Source: a virus
Length of the DNA: 64,000 nucleotides
Virus record (IMG/VR): IMGVR_UViG_3300032213_001850
Coordinates: 1-64,000 of that record
Strand: one strand, 5' to 3'
Positions 28,929-39,722 of this stretch are shown here, piece after piece. The position numbers and the translations under genes are program-made. Numbering within the stretch: position 1 is the stretch's first letter; every line of letters begins with the position of its first letter. The notes beneath the pieces were generated by a model, which was given only the letters and a program-made list of their open reading frames with translations, was not told the origin of the DNA and searched no databases.

Positions 28929-28938
28929 AAAATAAAAT

Positions 28939-29832
28939 ATGAGTATAAAAAAATATACAAATTTTGAAAATATAAATAATAAAACCGAAAATTCTGGTCA
29001 ATTTTTGGAAGATAAAGATTTGTTCATAGTTTCAAAAAAAGAAATACAAATAAGTGAGTTTGGTAACACTCCATATGATGTTATGGAAATATCGGTTTAT
29101 GATATTAATAATAATTTGTTACCACACAAATCTGGAAATAATGTAGCATATATAAAATCTACGGATATTAAGAACTACATGTACGATATTACAAATAATT
29201 TAGGTAAAAAAGAAGTTGCAATTGATATTGAAAAATTATTAAGTGATTTAGGATTTACCAATGGTATATTAAAAATAAATCTTAACTTTGTTAGAAATAG
29301 AGTTGGTAACGAAAATGAATTACAAAGGGTTTGGATACATGAAATATCACCTTCAAGAGAAGAAATTCGTATTTTGCCATTAAAAACAAATAACGAAAGT
29401 ATAAATAAACTTAATATAAACCAATTTAAGAATTTAAAAGCGTTATCTAAAGATTTTATTTTTTATAAGGAAAGTATTTTAAATACTATAAATTCTTTTG
29501 ATAATTCTTTTCTATCAAAGGTGGATGATTATTTAATTTCTCAATATGGAAACGATTATATTAAAATTTTAAAAAAGGATTTTGGTATTAATGATTTTGA
29601 AGGATACAAAAAAAGAATAGTAGAAAATTTTAAAAATTCCGTTAATTATTTTTTGACAAATAAGGAATATAAAATAGGAAATCCCAATTTTGGAAAACCA
29701 TCAGAAGTTAGATTCTATGATTACGAACAATATGCATATGAATATTTACTTAATGAAATTAATAGTATGTTACTGGATTGTATAAAATACAATTCATCTA
29801 TTTTTAAAAGAAGAGATATAATTGTTAAATAA
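28939..29832 (+). CDS. Putative baseplate-associated protein
   Basis: EISPSREEIRI motif; located in structural module. Confidence 0.55.
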   Translation: MSIKKYTNFENINNKTENSGQFLEDKDLFIVSKKEIQISEFGNTPYDVMEISVYDINNNLLPHKSGNNVAYIKSTDIKNYMYDITNNLGKKEVAIDIEKLLSDLGFTNGILKINLNFVRNRVGNENELQRVWIHEISPSREEIRILPLKTNNESINKLNINQFKNLKALSKDFIFYKESILNTINSFDNSFLSKVDDYLISQYGNDYIKILKKDFGINDFEGYKKRIVENFKNSVNYFLTNKEYKIGNPNFGKPSEVRFYDYEQYAYEYLLNEINSMLLDCIKYNSSIFKRRDIIVK

Positions 29833-29856
29833 AATATTTATATAAAATAATAAATT

Positions 29857-32800
29857 GTGCAGAATATAAATCCAGACGCTTTCGAAAATATTCAAATAAA
29901 TAATGAATCAGGCCGTGCCGAAATTATTGGTGGAGGTGGTGGTGGAGGTTCATCGACATCAAATACAACGGGCACATTTAATCTATATTTAAATTGTGCT
30001 GATATTGCGGAATACTTTGATGGAAACAATACATTGGGAGTTGGTACATCTCAATATATATCATATGCACCTGTAACAACATTTGGTTCGTCTAGAACAT
30101 ATACATCAAAAATAGATAATAAAGTTGCAAAAAATTACTTTGTAGTATTTTTGAACAATGAATCCAAAGGATACAACCAACAAACCGGTGAACCAACTTA
30201 TTATGAATCAATAAGAGCATCGGAATATAGATTAAAACCCGGAAGTCAAACCGAATATGAGTTTTATGAATATAAAAATTTACCAGGAGTAGATGGTACT
30301 ATGGAGTTACAATTTTTATTCGAACCGAAAAAAGTTGCAGATGACCCTATTATAACTCCTGCTACTAAAAATTACGATTTTAAATTAAATTTAAATTCAA
30401 ATTTTTCAAATGAATTAGAAAATTCTTTTTCATTAAAATATGAAATTGTTAAGTTAAATCAAGTTATATTAACTGGTAATTTAACACCAACGGTAGATAG
30501 TACAGATTTATTATCTTTGAGTGAAGAAATATTAAATTCTTCAAATGTTGTTTTTAGTGTTGTAGGAGACCTTCCGAAAAATTTTACTTTTGAAAATATA
30601 AAAATAAAAAAAGGAGCGGTTATAAGTTTTTCTCCCGATATTGCATCATCAACTGACCGAATATTAACAATACCTGCATCCAATTTAAAAAGTGGAAATG
30701 TAGATATTGATGTTACATTTGCAAAAAACATTCCACAACCAGTTGTTAGTACAATTGATACACAATACAATGACCAGGTTAAAGATAGTGATTCCGATAA
30801 AGTAATTGAAATACCTTTTACAACATCGAATGCAAATAGTATAAACGTAACATTTCCAAATGGTAGTGTAAGAAATATAACAACTACATCGTTTAGCGTA
30901 TCATTTAAAAACGATTTAGGTGGAAGTTTTGATTTACAAAAATTAATACTAACTCCTGTTTTTGATAATATTTTAGGAGCATCTAAAGAAGTATTTGTTA
31001 AATTTGTAAGAATTAACAATACTCCCGATATTGTAAGTGTTTCATACCCTGCATCCATTGATATTCCGGCGTTTTCGGACTACAATATTGAATATGAGGT
31101 AAAATATGAAGCATCGAATACAACTCATGTAAAAGTTGAATTATTACAAAAAGATAATACAAAAATTGTTTATTTAGATAAATTGACACCGATTGGTTCT
31201 TTTAAGGTAAATATTAAAGCTTTAAAACAAAAATTTGTAAATTGGGAAGGAAATATATCTTTTATATTTACATCAATTAATAATGCTGGTGATGTTACAT
31301 TGAGTAGTAATACCTATTCATATACAACAAATGTTATATATCCAACAATACAAATGGATGAAGATTTAATTAATACATCTTTATTCAATGCATTTAAGAA
31401 TCAAATTAAAATTCCAGATTTAGATAAAGATAGTAAATATTTAACACATCTTACTAATTTTGGAGATGATAATCAATTTTTGGTTTCAAGTTGGGAAAAT
31501 GATGATTGGACATTATCAAAAAAATCCACAGATGAATTAGGTAATGAATTTGTTAGGCCAGAAGATAAGGTTGAAAGTTTAATATTAAAATTATACAAAC
31601 CACTTTCGGCAAATATTACAAATAATTCAACATTATGGATTACCAAATTATTAACGAATCCATTAATTGAAACTATTGTTTTAAATCAACAAGATGATTT
31701 AAAATGTCCACCTTTAAAAGGCCCTAATTTTAATGTTGAGGTGGATTTTGTAACAGGAAAATCAACCGGATACGAATCGTTGGATGATTTAATATTGAGC
31801 GGTTCTACTTCATCTGCACAATTGGTAAATAAATATCTAAGTGGTTCCGTTATTGACACAGAATATTTAAATATAGAATATACAAGTGGTTCGGAATATC
31901 TTTGGGAAAACTTTGTTCATTTTAGTTCTGCAACTGAGAGAGTGGATAATTTTGTATATAAAGTTAAATTAATTGAATTATATGAACAATTAATAATAAG
32001 TGCATCCACAAACTATACAGGAGGTTCGTCTGGGTCGTATACTGGTTCAATTTCATCATTACAAGAAGTTGATAGACAGAATACAAAGAAAAATCAAATT
32101 ATCCAATCATTTGATGGGTTTGAAACATTTTTATACAACGAATCATCTTCATCTTTAAATTGGCCATATACGAATGGTAATAGAGATTTAAGTGTATCGA
32201 ATAATGTTTCCAATTGGTATGAAAATATAATAACATTGGCAGAAGATTTTGATATTGAAAATAGAAACTGGATTAATAATAATATTCCACAATATATTGT
32301 AAATAATGAAGATAATGCAAGTTTGTTATTATTCTTTTCAATGATTGGCCAACACTTTGATAACATATATTTTCATACGAAGGCAATTGAAAAAAGTAGA
32401 GGTTTGGGATACAAACAAACAGGAAATATTTCTGATAAACTATTATTTGATATTTTAAAATCTTTTAATTGGGATGCTAAAAATTTAGCTGCAGATAATC
32501 AACTTTGGAGTTTAGTATTTGGTGTTGATAAAGCTGGAGATGAAGTAAATTCAAACCCTGCAAAACAAAGAAATTTTGAAGTTTGGAGAAGAATTGTAAA
32601 CAACTTACCTTACTTATTAAAACATAAAGGTACAAGACAAGGTATTTATGCATTATTGGCTTGTTATGGTATTCCATCATCAAACCTTTCAGTTTTAGAA
32701 TTTGGCGGGCCGGAAGTGACCGAAGAACAAAAAGGTAAATTGGTAATGGATAATATTACTAATGCTCTTAAATTTAATAGTGGTGCTAAAATAGAAGTAG

Positions 32801-34827
32801 AATGGAAAAATACTGATAAAGGTAGAAGGCCAAATACAATTGAATTATTTATAAAACCAGATTCAGCACAAAGCTCTTCTATCATATCTGGAACTAATTG
32901 GGATGTTGTAGTGAGTGGTTCTACTAATAGTGAATATGGTAAAGTATTTTTTAATTATAGTGGTTCTACTAATATATCAACATCATTATTACCAATATTT
33001 AATGGTAGATTTTTTGGTATATCAGTAAGTAGTGGTTCAACTGGGTTAAAATTAGATGTAAGACAATCGGAAAAAGAAAGAACTATATTTGAAGAATCGA
33101 TTACGGGTTCTTCATTAACTAATTGGAATAATGGCTCTACATTAAATATTGGTGGTACATATGTTGGTAGTGTAGATGAATTCCGTTTATGGAGTGAACA
33201 ATTAAATACCGATGTATTTTATCAACACGTTTCATTCCCTGAAATGGTTAATGGTAATTCTTACACAGCATCAACTGATGATTTGTATTTCCGTTTAGAT
33301 TTCGAATATCCTAAAAACTTAGCTCAAACATCTTCTTTAATAAATGTAGATACAAACATATATTTTAGTAGTAGTGTTAGTAGAAATCATTTAGAAGGTG
33401 GAAATGTATCAATTATATCTGGCTCAACTATATTATCTGAAAATACAAACGCATTATATTCAGCTAGTGCTAGTGGGTTTAGTTCAAGTGTAACGTATCC
33501 ATTCCAATTTGAACCAATAGATAGAACAATTGTAATGTCTTATCCAGATGGTGGTGCAAGTAGATTTCAAACATCAAAAATTAGATTTGAAGAACAAACT
33601 TTAATTTCCGATTTATCTTCAAAAAGTAGAGCAACTAAAAAATCATTTGACCAATCTCCAACGGATTCTAATAGAGTTGGTTTATTTTTCTCTCCTACAA
33701 AGGAATTAAATATTGATATTGCAAAGTCATTGGGTGGATTAAATTTGGACAATTATATTGGTGACCCATCGGATGAATATAAATCAAATTATGTTAGATT
33801 AGATGAATTAAGACAATATTATTTCCAAAGATTTGATAATAGAGACATATATGCATATATCAACTTAATCAAATTATATGAGAAGTCTATGTTTGATGAT
33901 ATTAAAAAAATGTTACCGGCAAGGGTTAAAGCTACAACCGGTTTATTAATCGAACCTCACTTTTTAGAAAGAAGTAAAATTGCAAGAAAAAGACCAGTTG
34001 GTGAAGATTATCAATTAAATACCGAAATAAAATATAGTGATACAACATTAACAACGGCTGAAAATAATCAATATGAAAGTATACTTGATGCAAATTTAAG
34101 TGAAAATTTAATTGGAGAAAATAATCAATATGAATCACTAATTTCAACAACCGATACACAAAGAACAATTGCAGAAAATTATCAATATACGGCATCTTAT
34201 GTATATTTTGATGATACATCGTTAACGGCTGAAAATTTGCAATATGAAGTAAGTATAGATGCCAAATTGGAGCAACCTACTATTACAACGGAAATTGATT
34301 TAGGAGTAGAAACTTATGGTGAAACCGCGTATGAGACTATTGGATTTGGTATTTATGCACAAAATGGTAATACAATTAGAACTTATTTAGACAAAGATAA
34401 TAGAAGAGTAAAAGAAAGAATTAGAGTTCAATTGATTACAGAGGAAAAAGAAAGAATGATAACTAAATTTGCAGTGACCGCATCTGCAACTGGATTTGGA
34501 GACCCACGTGGAGGATATGTTTCTGCTATTGAAACATATAATCAAACTTATTTAAACATCCAACCATTTAGTGGTTCCACAATTCCTACAGTTCAAAATA
34601 ATATAGTTGCAGTAGTACCTGTGGACGGATATTTACCGACACATTATAGAAATACATCGGATTTAACAAGAGGATTGGAAAATTCATATTATAGAGGGTC
34701 AAAAAATACTGCAGCAACTACTTTGGATGGTTCATCACCAATTGAAACATTTGTATCTAATCCAAATACATTAACGGTAAATAGAACAGGCAGAAATACA
34801 TCAGAACCAATTTTGGAAGTAGAATAA
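29857..34827 (+). CDS. Large baseplate/tail structural protein (gp7-like) with LamG-like domain
   Basis: MIGQHFDNI, LLKHKGTRQGIYALLACYGI (baseplate wedge/tail-I-like), GSVDEFRLW (LamG-like), MLPARV. Confidence 0.7.
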   Translation: MQNINPDAFENIQINNESGRAEIIGGGGGGGSSTSNTTGTFNLYLNCADIAEYFDGNNTLGVGTSQYISYAPVTTFGSSRTYTSKIDNKVAKNYFVVFLNNESKGYNQQTGEPTYYESIRASEYRLKPGSQTEYEFYEYKNLPGVDGTMELQFLFEPKKVADDPIITPATKNYDFKLNLNSNFSNELENSFSLKYEIVKLNQVILTGNLTPTVDSTDLLSLSEEILNSSNVVFSVVGDLPKNFTFENIKIKKGAVISFSPDIASSTDRILTIPASNLKSGNVDIDVTFAKNIPQPVVSTIDTQYNDQVKDSDSDKVIEIPFTTSNANSINVTFPNGSVRNITTTSFSVSFKNDLGGSFDLQKLILTPVFDNILGASKEVFVKFVRINNTPDIVSVSYPASIDIPAFSDYNIEYEVKYEASNTTHVKVELLQKDNTKIVYLDKLTPIGSFKVNIKALKQKFVNWEGNISFIFTSINNAGDVTLSSNTYSYTTNVIYPTIQMDEDLINTSLFNAFKNQIKIPDLDKDSKYLTHLTNFGDDNQFLVSSWENDDWTLSKKSTDELGNEFVRPEDKVESLILKLYKPLSANITNNSTLWITKLLTNPLIETIVLNQQDDLKCPPLKGPNFNVEVDFVTGKSTGYESLDDLILSGSTSSAQLVNKYLSGSVIDTEYLNIEYTSGSEYLWENFVHFSSATERVDNFVYKVKLIELYEQLIISASTNYTGGSSGSYTGSISSLQEVDRQNTKKNQIIQSFDGFETFLYNESSSSLNWPYTNGNRDLSVSNNVSNWYENIITLAEDFDIENRNWINNNIPQYIVNNEDNASLLLFFSMIGQHFDNIYFHTKAIEKSRGLGYKQTGNISDKLLFDILKSFNWDAKNLAADNQLWSLVFGVDKAGDEVNSNPAKQRNFEVWRRIVNNLPYLLKHKGTRQGIYALLACYGIPSSNLSVLEFGGPEVTEEQKGKLVMDNITNALKFNSGAKIEVEWKNTDKGRRPNTIELFIKPDSAQSSSIISGTNWDVVVSGSTNSEYGKVFFNYSGSTNISTSLLPIFNGRFFGISVSSGSTGLKLDVRQSEKERTIFEESITGSSLTNWNNGSTLNIGGTYVGSVDEFRLWSEQLNTDVFYQHVSFPEMVNGNSYTASTDDLYFRLDFEYPKNLAQTSSLINVDTNIYFSSSVSRNHLEGGNVSIISGSTILSENTNALYSASASGFSSSVTYPFQFEPIDRTIVMSYPDGGASRFQTSKIRFEEQTLISDLSSKSRATKKSFDQSPTDSNRVGLFFSPTKELNIDIAKSLGGLNLDNYIGDPSDEYKSNYVRLDELRQYYFQRFDNRDIYAYINLIKLYEKSMFDDIKKMLPARVKATTGLLIEPHFLERSKIARKRPVGEDYQLNTEIKYSDTTLTTAENNQYESILDANLSENLIGENNQYESLISTTDTQRTIAENYQYTASYVYFDDTSLTAENLQYEVSIDAKLEQPTITTEIDLGVETYGETAYETIGFGIYAQNGNTIRTYLDKDNRRVKERIRVQLITEEKERMITKFAVTASATGFGDPRGGYVSAIETYNQTYLNIQPFSGSTIPTVQNNIVAVVPVDGYLPTHYRNTSDLTRGLENSYYRGSKNTAATTLDGSSPIETFVSNPNTLTVNRTGRNTSEPILEVE
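34000..34284 (+). repeat. Five in-frame 19-aa repeats (A/G)ENxQY within the large structural protein
   Basis: GEDYQL / AENNQY / GENNQY / AENYQY / AENLQY at an exact 19-residue period. Confidence 0.7.
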
Positions 34828-34875
34828 CTAAATTTAAAAAATAATTATATTTATAAACAAAGATAATATTAAACT

Positions 34876-35499
34876 ATGGGATATTTAAGTAACACAGAAC
34901 TAACCGTTGACGCCATTCTTACCAAAAAAGGTAGAGAAAAATTAGCAGCAGGTCAAGGTTTAAACATTACTCAATTTGCATTAGCGGATGATGAGATTGA
35001 TTACACATTATACGAACCGGCTCACCCATTAGGTTCATCTTATTATGATGCATCTATTAAAAATATGCCTGTATTAGAAGCTAATCCAGATGAAACTCAA
35101 GTAATGAAGTATAAGTTGGTAACTTTACCTAAAAATACAACTAGAATTCCAGTTGTTGAATTTGGTGTTCCTAACATTGCAGTTAATCAAAGAAGTGGTG
35201 AGGTATCACTATCTCCAACTACATCTCCTGCAGGTAATAGAACAATGGGATATACGATTATTCTTTCTAATAAAAATGCGGGTGATATTGTAGGTGAAGG
35301 TGTGACATCAGATGCTGGAACAACTCCGGTATTCATTGGTGATAATGCATCTGCAACGGCAGCAATCGCTAAAGGATTATCTTTCAAATTTATTCCAAAC
35401 CCATCATTGACTTCGACTATCAAAACAACAATAACTGTTTATGGTAACGAAACTGGTGGTTCACAAACTATTCCAATCACAGTAACTTACGTTCAATAA
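34876..35499 (+). CDS. Virion structural protein
   Basis: DAILTKKGREKLA, FALADDEIDY; follows ATATTTAT at 34847. Confidence 0.7.
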   Translation: MGYLSNTELTVDAILTKKGREKLAAGQGLNITQFALADDEIDYTLYEPAHPLGSSYYDASIKNMPVLEANPDETQVMKYKLVTLPKNTTRIPVVEFGVPNIAVNQRSGEVSLSPTTSPAGNRTMGYTIILSNKNAGDIVGEGVTSDAGTTPVFIGDNASATAAIAKGLSFKFIPNPSLTSTIKTTITVYGNETGGSQTIPITVTYVQ

Positions 35500-35508
35500 T
35501 AAAATACT

Positions 35509-36762
35509 ATGGCATTAATACGAGACAATAGAGGAGCCCTTTTAGCAAGTAATTTATCAAATTATTTAGCAGGTGCGTCAAACACAACGGGAACACCTGT
35601 CGATACGACACAATTGATAAGTATCATTAACCAATTTTTAGGAGCAGGTGAACAAATATCTGCCGATGTAACTACCATTACAAATGGTATTTATAAAAAG
35701 TTTGGTTCAATCGATAAAGTAGTAAATAGAACACAAATTGTAACTTCTGGAATATGGAGTGGTGATACTGGTTCATTGGACGCCAAAGCAACTTATACAT
35801 CATCTACTCAGGCTGCATCTACAAGTGGTAGATACTATTTAGATGTATATAATGGATTACCATCATCAGGTACTTCGGAGGTTCAATTCTCAATTGCATA
35901 TGGTGATGCCAACGGATTTGGTGCACCAACTATAACACAAAATGACGATTCAACCTTACCAACCAAAGCAACTTATAATCAATTCAAAAATATATTATTA
36001 GACCCTGCAGATAATTACTTTAGTGTTTATACAGGTTCAGTTGCAGGTGGCCATGATATGAAAAATTTCTATGTATTAAATGTTAATAGAGCAAGATACA
36101 AAGAAAGACTAGACCCAGGAAATATTTCAATAGATTTATCTGGTTCAGTTAGAAGTATTACTTTAATTGATGATAGTGGTGGTAGTGATGAAAATGTAAC
36201 AACTGCGGGTAGAGTTTACAACTTAGTTAGTGGTTCATTAAATATCGGTTCGGCATTAACTGCTTCAATCGCTATAACCGGTGGATATAGTGCAGCACAA
36301 AATGGACAAGGATATGGTTTATTTTATCCAGATATGGGTATTATATTATTAAATCCATTAGCATTAGCAGCTGCATGTGACCCAAATTTAGCACCTGCAA
36401 CAAATTCAATACAATCAGTTTATCATCAAAATAATGGTAATAAGTCAGGTTCAGTTGCATTATTGATGGCCATTAGTGGTGGTGCAGACTTACAAATAAG
36501 AAGAACTGAAAATATTTCAACTTCTCATTACTTTGTAAGAGCAAATAATAGAGAATTTAATTTCTCAAATAACCCAACATTTACAACAGGTTCAGTTGGT
36601 GCATTTGTTAACCCATTATTTGAAAGAGACCCACATGTATACATTACATCGGTAGGTTTATATGATGATGCAAATGAATTATTAGCAGTTGCAAAAACTT
36701 CTCAACCAATTGAAAAATCTTTTGATAAAGAGATAGCAATTAAAGTTAAATTAGATTTCTAA
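35509..36762 (+). CDS. Virion structural protein (tail collar/baseplate-like C-terminus)
   Basis: YITSVGLYDDANELLAVAK...KVKLDF. Confidence 0.7.
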   Translation: MALIRDNRGALLASNLSNYLAGASNTTGTPVDTTQLISIINQFLGAGEQISADVTTITNGIYKKFGSIDKVVNRTQIVTSGIWSGDTGSLDAKATYTSSTQAASTSGRYYLDVYNGLPSSGTSEVQFSIAYGDANGFGAPTITQNDDSTLPTKATYNQFKNILLDPADNYFSVYTGSVAGGHDMKNFYVLNVNRARYKERLDPGNISIDLSGSVRSITLIDDSGGSDENVTTAGRVYNLVSGSLNIGSALTASIAITGGYSAAQNGQGYGLFYPDMGIILLNPLALAAACDPNLAPATNSIQSVYHQNNGNKSGSVALLMAISGGADLQIRRTENISTSHYFVRANNREFNFSNNPTFTTGSVGAFVNPLFERDPHVYITSVGLYDDANELLAVAKTSQPIEKSFDKEIAIKVKLDF

Positions 36763-36785
36763 TCGGAGAATAAAATAAAAACTAT

Positions 36786-36811
36786 AACCCACCTTAATTT
36801 GGTGGGTTTTT
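36786..36811 (+). terminator. Rho-independent terminator
   Basis: aacccacc-ttaattt-ggtgggtt followed by a T-run. Confidence 0.8.
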
Positions 36812-36835
36812 AGTTTTAGAATATTTATATACGAT

Positions 36836-38029
36836 ATGTTAAAAAGAATACCAAAGTCAGATATTAGTATTAGGCCGTTTAAGGCATACAAAGAATGGAG
36901 TTTCAATAACTTTGATTCTGGTTCAATTACTATGTTAGATGCAAATGAAGCTTCAACGGATTTAAATTTAATTACAACGGGTAGCTTAACAGGTTCTACA
37001 TATCCTAAAAATTCATTATTCGGTCAATTAAGAGCTCAATTTTACAATGATTTAGGAGATAATCCATTTTTAAGAACCGGAGAAAAAACAAATTATTATT
37101 CAAATAAACCAAAAGCTCAAGAAAGATTTTTAAGTGGTTCGGCAAAAGTAATATCAATTCCAAACATTTATGTAGGTGAGGGGATTAAAAAGGGTTCTTT
37201 AATATTGATAGATAATGGAACAACTTATTTTGATGATACATATGGTAATTTAGTTGGTGATGTTCCTGATAGAATTTATTTTGGAAAAATAGATGTGGAA
37301 AACCAAACAATTAATTTTACCGATATTGCAGATAATGCATATAGTGGAACAATTGATTCTTATTTTTTAGATATTGAAAACAATGAATTTACAATGTCGT
37401 ATTCAGGAACAGAATATGATATGGTAATAGTGTCTTTTGATATAGAATCTGGATTAATGTTGGTTGATGATATACCATTTTTAGAACCAGAAGCACAGAT
37501 AATTAGATTTGGTAATGTTTTTTATAATCAAGGATTAATAGTAATGACACGTGAATTTGATTCTTTATTAAATTCAAATTGGGATTTATCATTTAAATCA
37601 ACTAAAACAATTTATGAACACGAATATTTGTTAATAGCCGAACAAGATGAGTTCAATGTATCACAAAACCCATCTGCAATTATTAATGTAGGTAGACAAT
37701 CACAGAGATATATAACATCGGATGGTAAATCTATGAGTATTATTACAAATCCAGGAGTAAATTATATCAAAAAGAAAACTATACTAGAAAATGGAAATAT
37801 ATTAGATTATAGATTTACATCATCTTACAATGAAACGACATTGGCTGGGTTTGAACATTATTTTGAAAGTGGTTCTGCAGATACTACCGGTTCTTTTTTA
37901 ACACCATTTATTACAACAATAGGATTATATGATGACGATTGTAATTTGGTTGCAGTAGCAAAATTACCACAACCAATAAAATCGGAACATGATTTGACTG
38001 TAAACTTTATTGTACGATTTGACACATAA
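36836..38029 (+). CDS. Virion structural protein, paralog of 35509-36762
   Basis: GNVFYNQGLIV, EFNVSQNPS, FITTIGLYDDDCNLVAVAKL...VRFD. Confidence 0.7.
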   Translation: MLKRIPKSDISIRPFKAYKEWSFNNFDSGSITMLDANEASTDLNLITTGSLTGSTYPKNSLFGQLRAQFYNDLGDNPFLRTGEKTNYYSNKPKAQERFLSGSAKVISIPNIYVGEGIKKGSLILIDNGTTYFDDTYGNLVGDVPDRIYFGKIDVENQTINFTDIADNAYSGTIDSYFLDIENNEFTMSYSGTEYDMVIVSFDIESGLMLVDDIPFLEPEAQIIRFGNVFYNQGLIVMTREFDSLLNSNWDLSFKSTKTIYEHEYLLIAEQDEFNVSQNPSAIINVGRQSQRYITSDGKSMSIITNPGVNYIKKKTILENGNILDYRFTSSYNETTLAGFEHYFESGSADTTGSFLTPFITTIGLYDDDCNLVAVAKLPQPIKSEHDLTVNFIVRFDT

Positions 38030-38060
38030 TCTTATATTTATATTTAAAAAAACAAACACA

Positions 38061-38306
38061 ATGGCAAGTATTATAGAAATGTATAATGAGGATAAAAAAT
38101 TACAAGTAGCTACGACATCCGATAAAACACCATACTATTCAGAAGGAACCGATGGTAAAACTGCAAATTTAGTAGATGAAAAATCTATATCCGAATTGGA
38201 GAAAAAATTATCTACCAAAAGATATGGTGCTGGTGTGGGAGATTGGGGTGCAGTATATAGTGATGCAACGGGGAAAAATTATAGCAAAGTAGTAAAAAAG
38301 GATTAA
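38061..38306 (+). CDS. Hypothetical protein
   Basis: Start at 38061 after ATATTTAT (38034) and A-rich leader. Confidence 0.6.
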   Translation: MASIIEMYNEDKKLQVATTSDKTPYYSEGTDGKTANLVDEKSISELEKKLSTKRYGAGVGDWGAVYSDATGKNYSKVVKKD

Positions 38307-38314
38307 TTAATTTA

Positions 38315-38740
38315 ATGGCTAAAAAAGTTACAAAAAAGAACAATTCAAAATGGGTTGCTAAAAAGTATGGATTTAAGTCTGGTTTAGAAGAAACCATATC
38401 ATCCCAAATTGAAAGTAGAGGTATAGTCGTAGAATATGAAACGGAAAAGGTTGCATATATCATACCGGCATCAGAACACAACTATCATCCAGATTTTAAA
38501 TTACCGAATGGTATAAGAGTTGAGACCAAAGGTAGATTTGTTGCCGCAGACCGTAAGAAACACCAATTGGTAAAAGAACAAAATCCCAATTTGGACATTC
38601 GTTTCGTATTTTCCAATTCAAAGAACAAAATCAGCAAAAACTCTAAAACTACATACGGAATGTGGTGTGAAAAGAACGGATTTAAGTATTCGGACAAATT
38701 CATCCCAGAAGAGTGGTTTTTAGAGGAAAATAGACCGTAA
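38315..38740 (+). CDS. Endonuclease I-like Holliday junction resolvase (T7 gp3 family)
   Basis: FKSGLEE, YHPDF.LPNGIRVETKGRF..DRKKH, PNLDIRFVF, TTYGMWCEK.GF. Confidence 0.9.
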   Translation: MAKKVTKKNNSKWVAKKYGFKSGLEETISSQIESRGIVVEYETEKVAYIIPASEHNYHPDFKLPNGIRVETKGRFVAADRKKHQLVKEQNPNLDIRFVFSNSKNKISKNSKTTYGMWCEKNGFKYSDKFIPEEWFLEENRP

Positions 38741-38744
38741 ATTA

Positions 38745-38774
38745 TTTGGTAATATCAAATATTTGTCGTATATT
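38745..38774 (+). promoter_or_regulatory. Bacteroidota-type promoter for replication/recombination genes
   Basis: TTTGGTAAT at 38745, TATATT at 38769. Confidence 0.7.
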
Positions 38775-38780
38775 TAGGGG

Positions 38781-39722
38781 GTGTTGAAGCAAAATGATAA
38801 GAATATAGTCGTATCTACCCTAAGTGGCGTTTTGGGTAGTCACCTCACTCTTAAAGGGAATGAGTTGGCATTTTACTGTCCTTTCTGCAATCATCACAAA
38901 CCAAAACTTCAAGTCAATACCGAAACTCAAAAGTGGCATTGTTGGACTTGCAATAGTGGTGGTAAGAAATTGACCTCATTATTAAAAAAGTTAGATGTTG
39001 ATAGAAAGACTATTTCAATCATTAGAGAAATCTACGGAGATAACAATTATAACCCACAATTAGAGGACGCCGATACAAAGGTGTTCATTTCCCTACCAAA
39101 AGAATTTATCAGTCTTAGTGAGACTCCAAAGGGGTTTAATCCAGAATTTAAACATGCAATACATTACCTTACTCAAAGAGGTATTACTGAAAAGGACATA
39201 ATCAAATATAACATAGGATATTGTAAAGAAGGGTTGTATGGACAAAGAGTAATTATACCATCATACAATTCCGATGGTACATTAAATTACTTTGTTTCTC
39301 GTTCGTATTATCCGGAGAACAAAATGAAATACAAAAATCCTCCAATCAGTAAAAATATAATATGTTTTGACTCTCAAGTAAATTGGAGTGAACCGATTAT
39401 ACTTTGTGAGGGTGTATTTGATGCAATCACAATTAAAAGAAATGCAATTCCACTTTTAGGTAAATTTCCATCAAGAATATTGGTTGAAAAAATCTTTATG
39501 AGCGGTATTACCGATATTATTATTTCATTAGACAACGATGCAATAAATGAGGCACTTAAAGCTGCCGAATATTTTAGAAAACAAGGTATTCATGTAAAAA
39601 TGATGTATCTTAAAGACAAAGATGCCGCCGATATGGGGTATGAAAAATTCTATGAGGAATTAAAGAAAACCAAAGAGTTTTCTCCCGAAGAATTATTATT
39701 AAACAAAATAAACTCACTATGA
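38781..39722 (+). CDS. DNA primase (Zn finger plus TOPRIM)
   Basis: CPFC...HCWTC, YLTQRGI, CEGVFDA, LDNDA, KDAAD. Confidence 0.88.
   Translation: MLKQNDKNIVVSTLSGVLGSHLTLKGNELAFYCPFCNHHKPKLQVNTETQKWHCWTCNSGGKKLTSLLKKLDVDRKTISIIREIYGDNNYNPQLEDADTKVFISLPKEFISLSETPKGFNPEFKHAIHYLTQRGITEKDIIKYNIGYCKEGLYGQRVIIPSYNSDGTLNYFVSRSYYPENKMKYKNPPISKNIICFDSQVNWSEPIILCEGVFDAITIKRNAIPLLGKFPSRILVEKIFMSGITDIIISLDNDAINEALKAAEYFRKQGIHVKMMYLKDKDAADMGYEKFYEELKKTKEFSPEELLLNKINSL

Noticed and set aside
29929-29950. GGT/GGA repeat as a contingency locus
   Set aside because: Encodes a simple poly-Gly linker with mixed codons; no sign of phase variation
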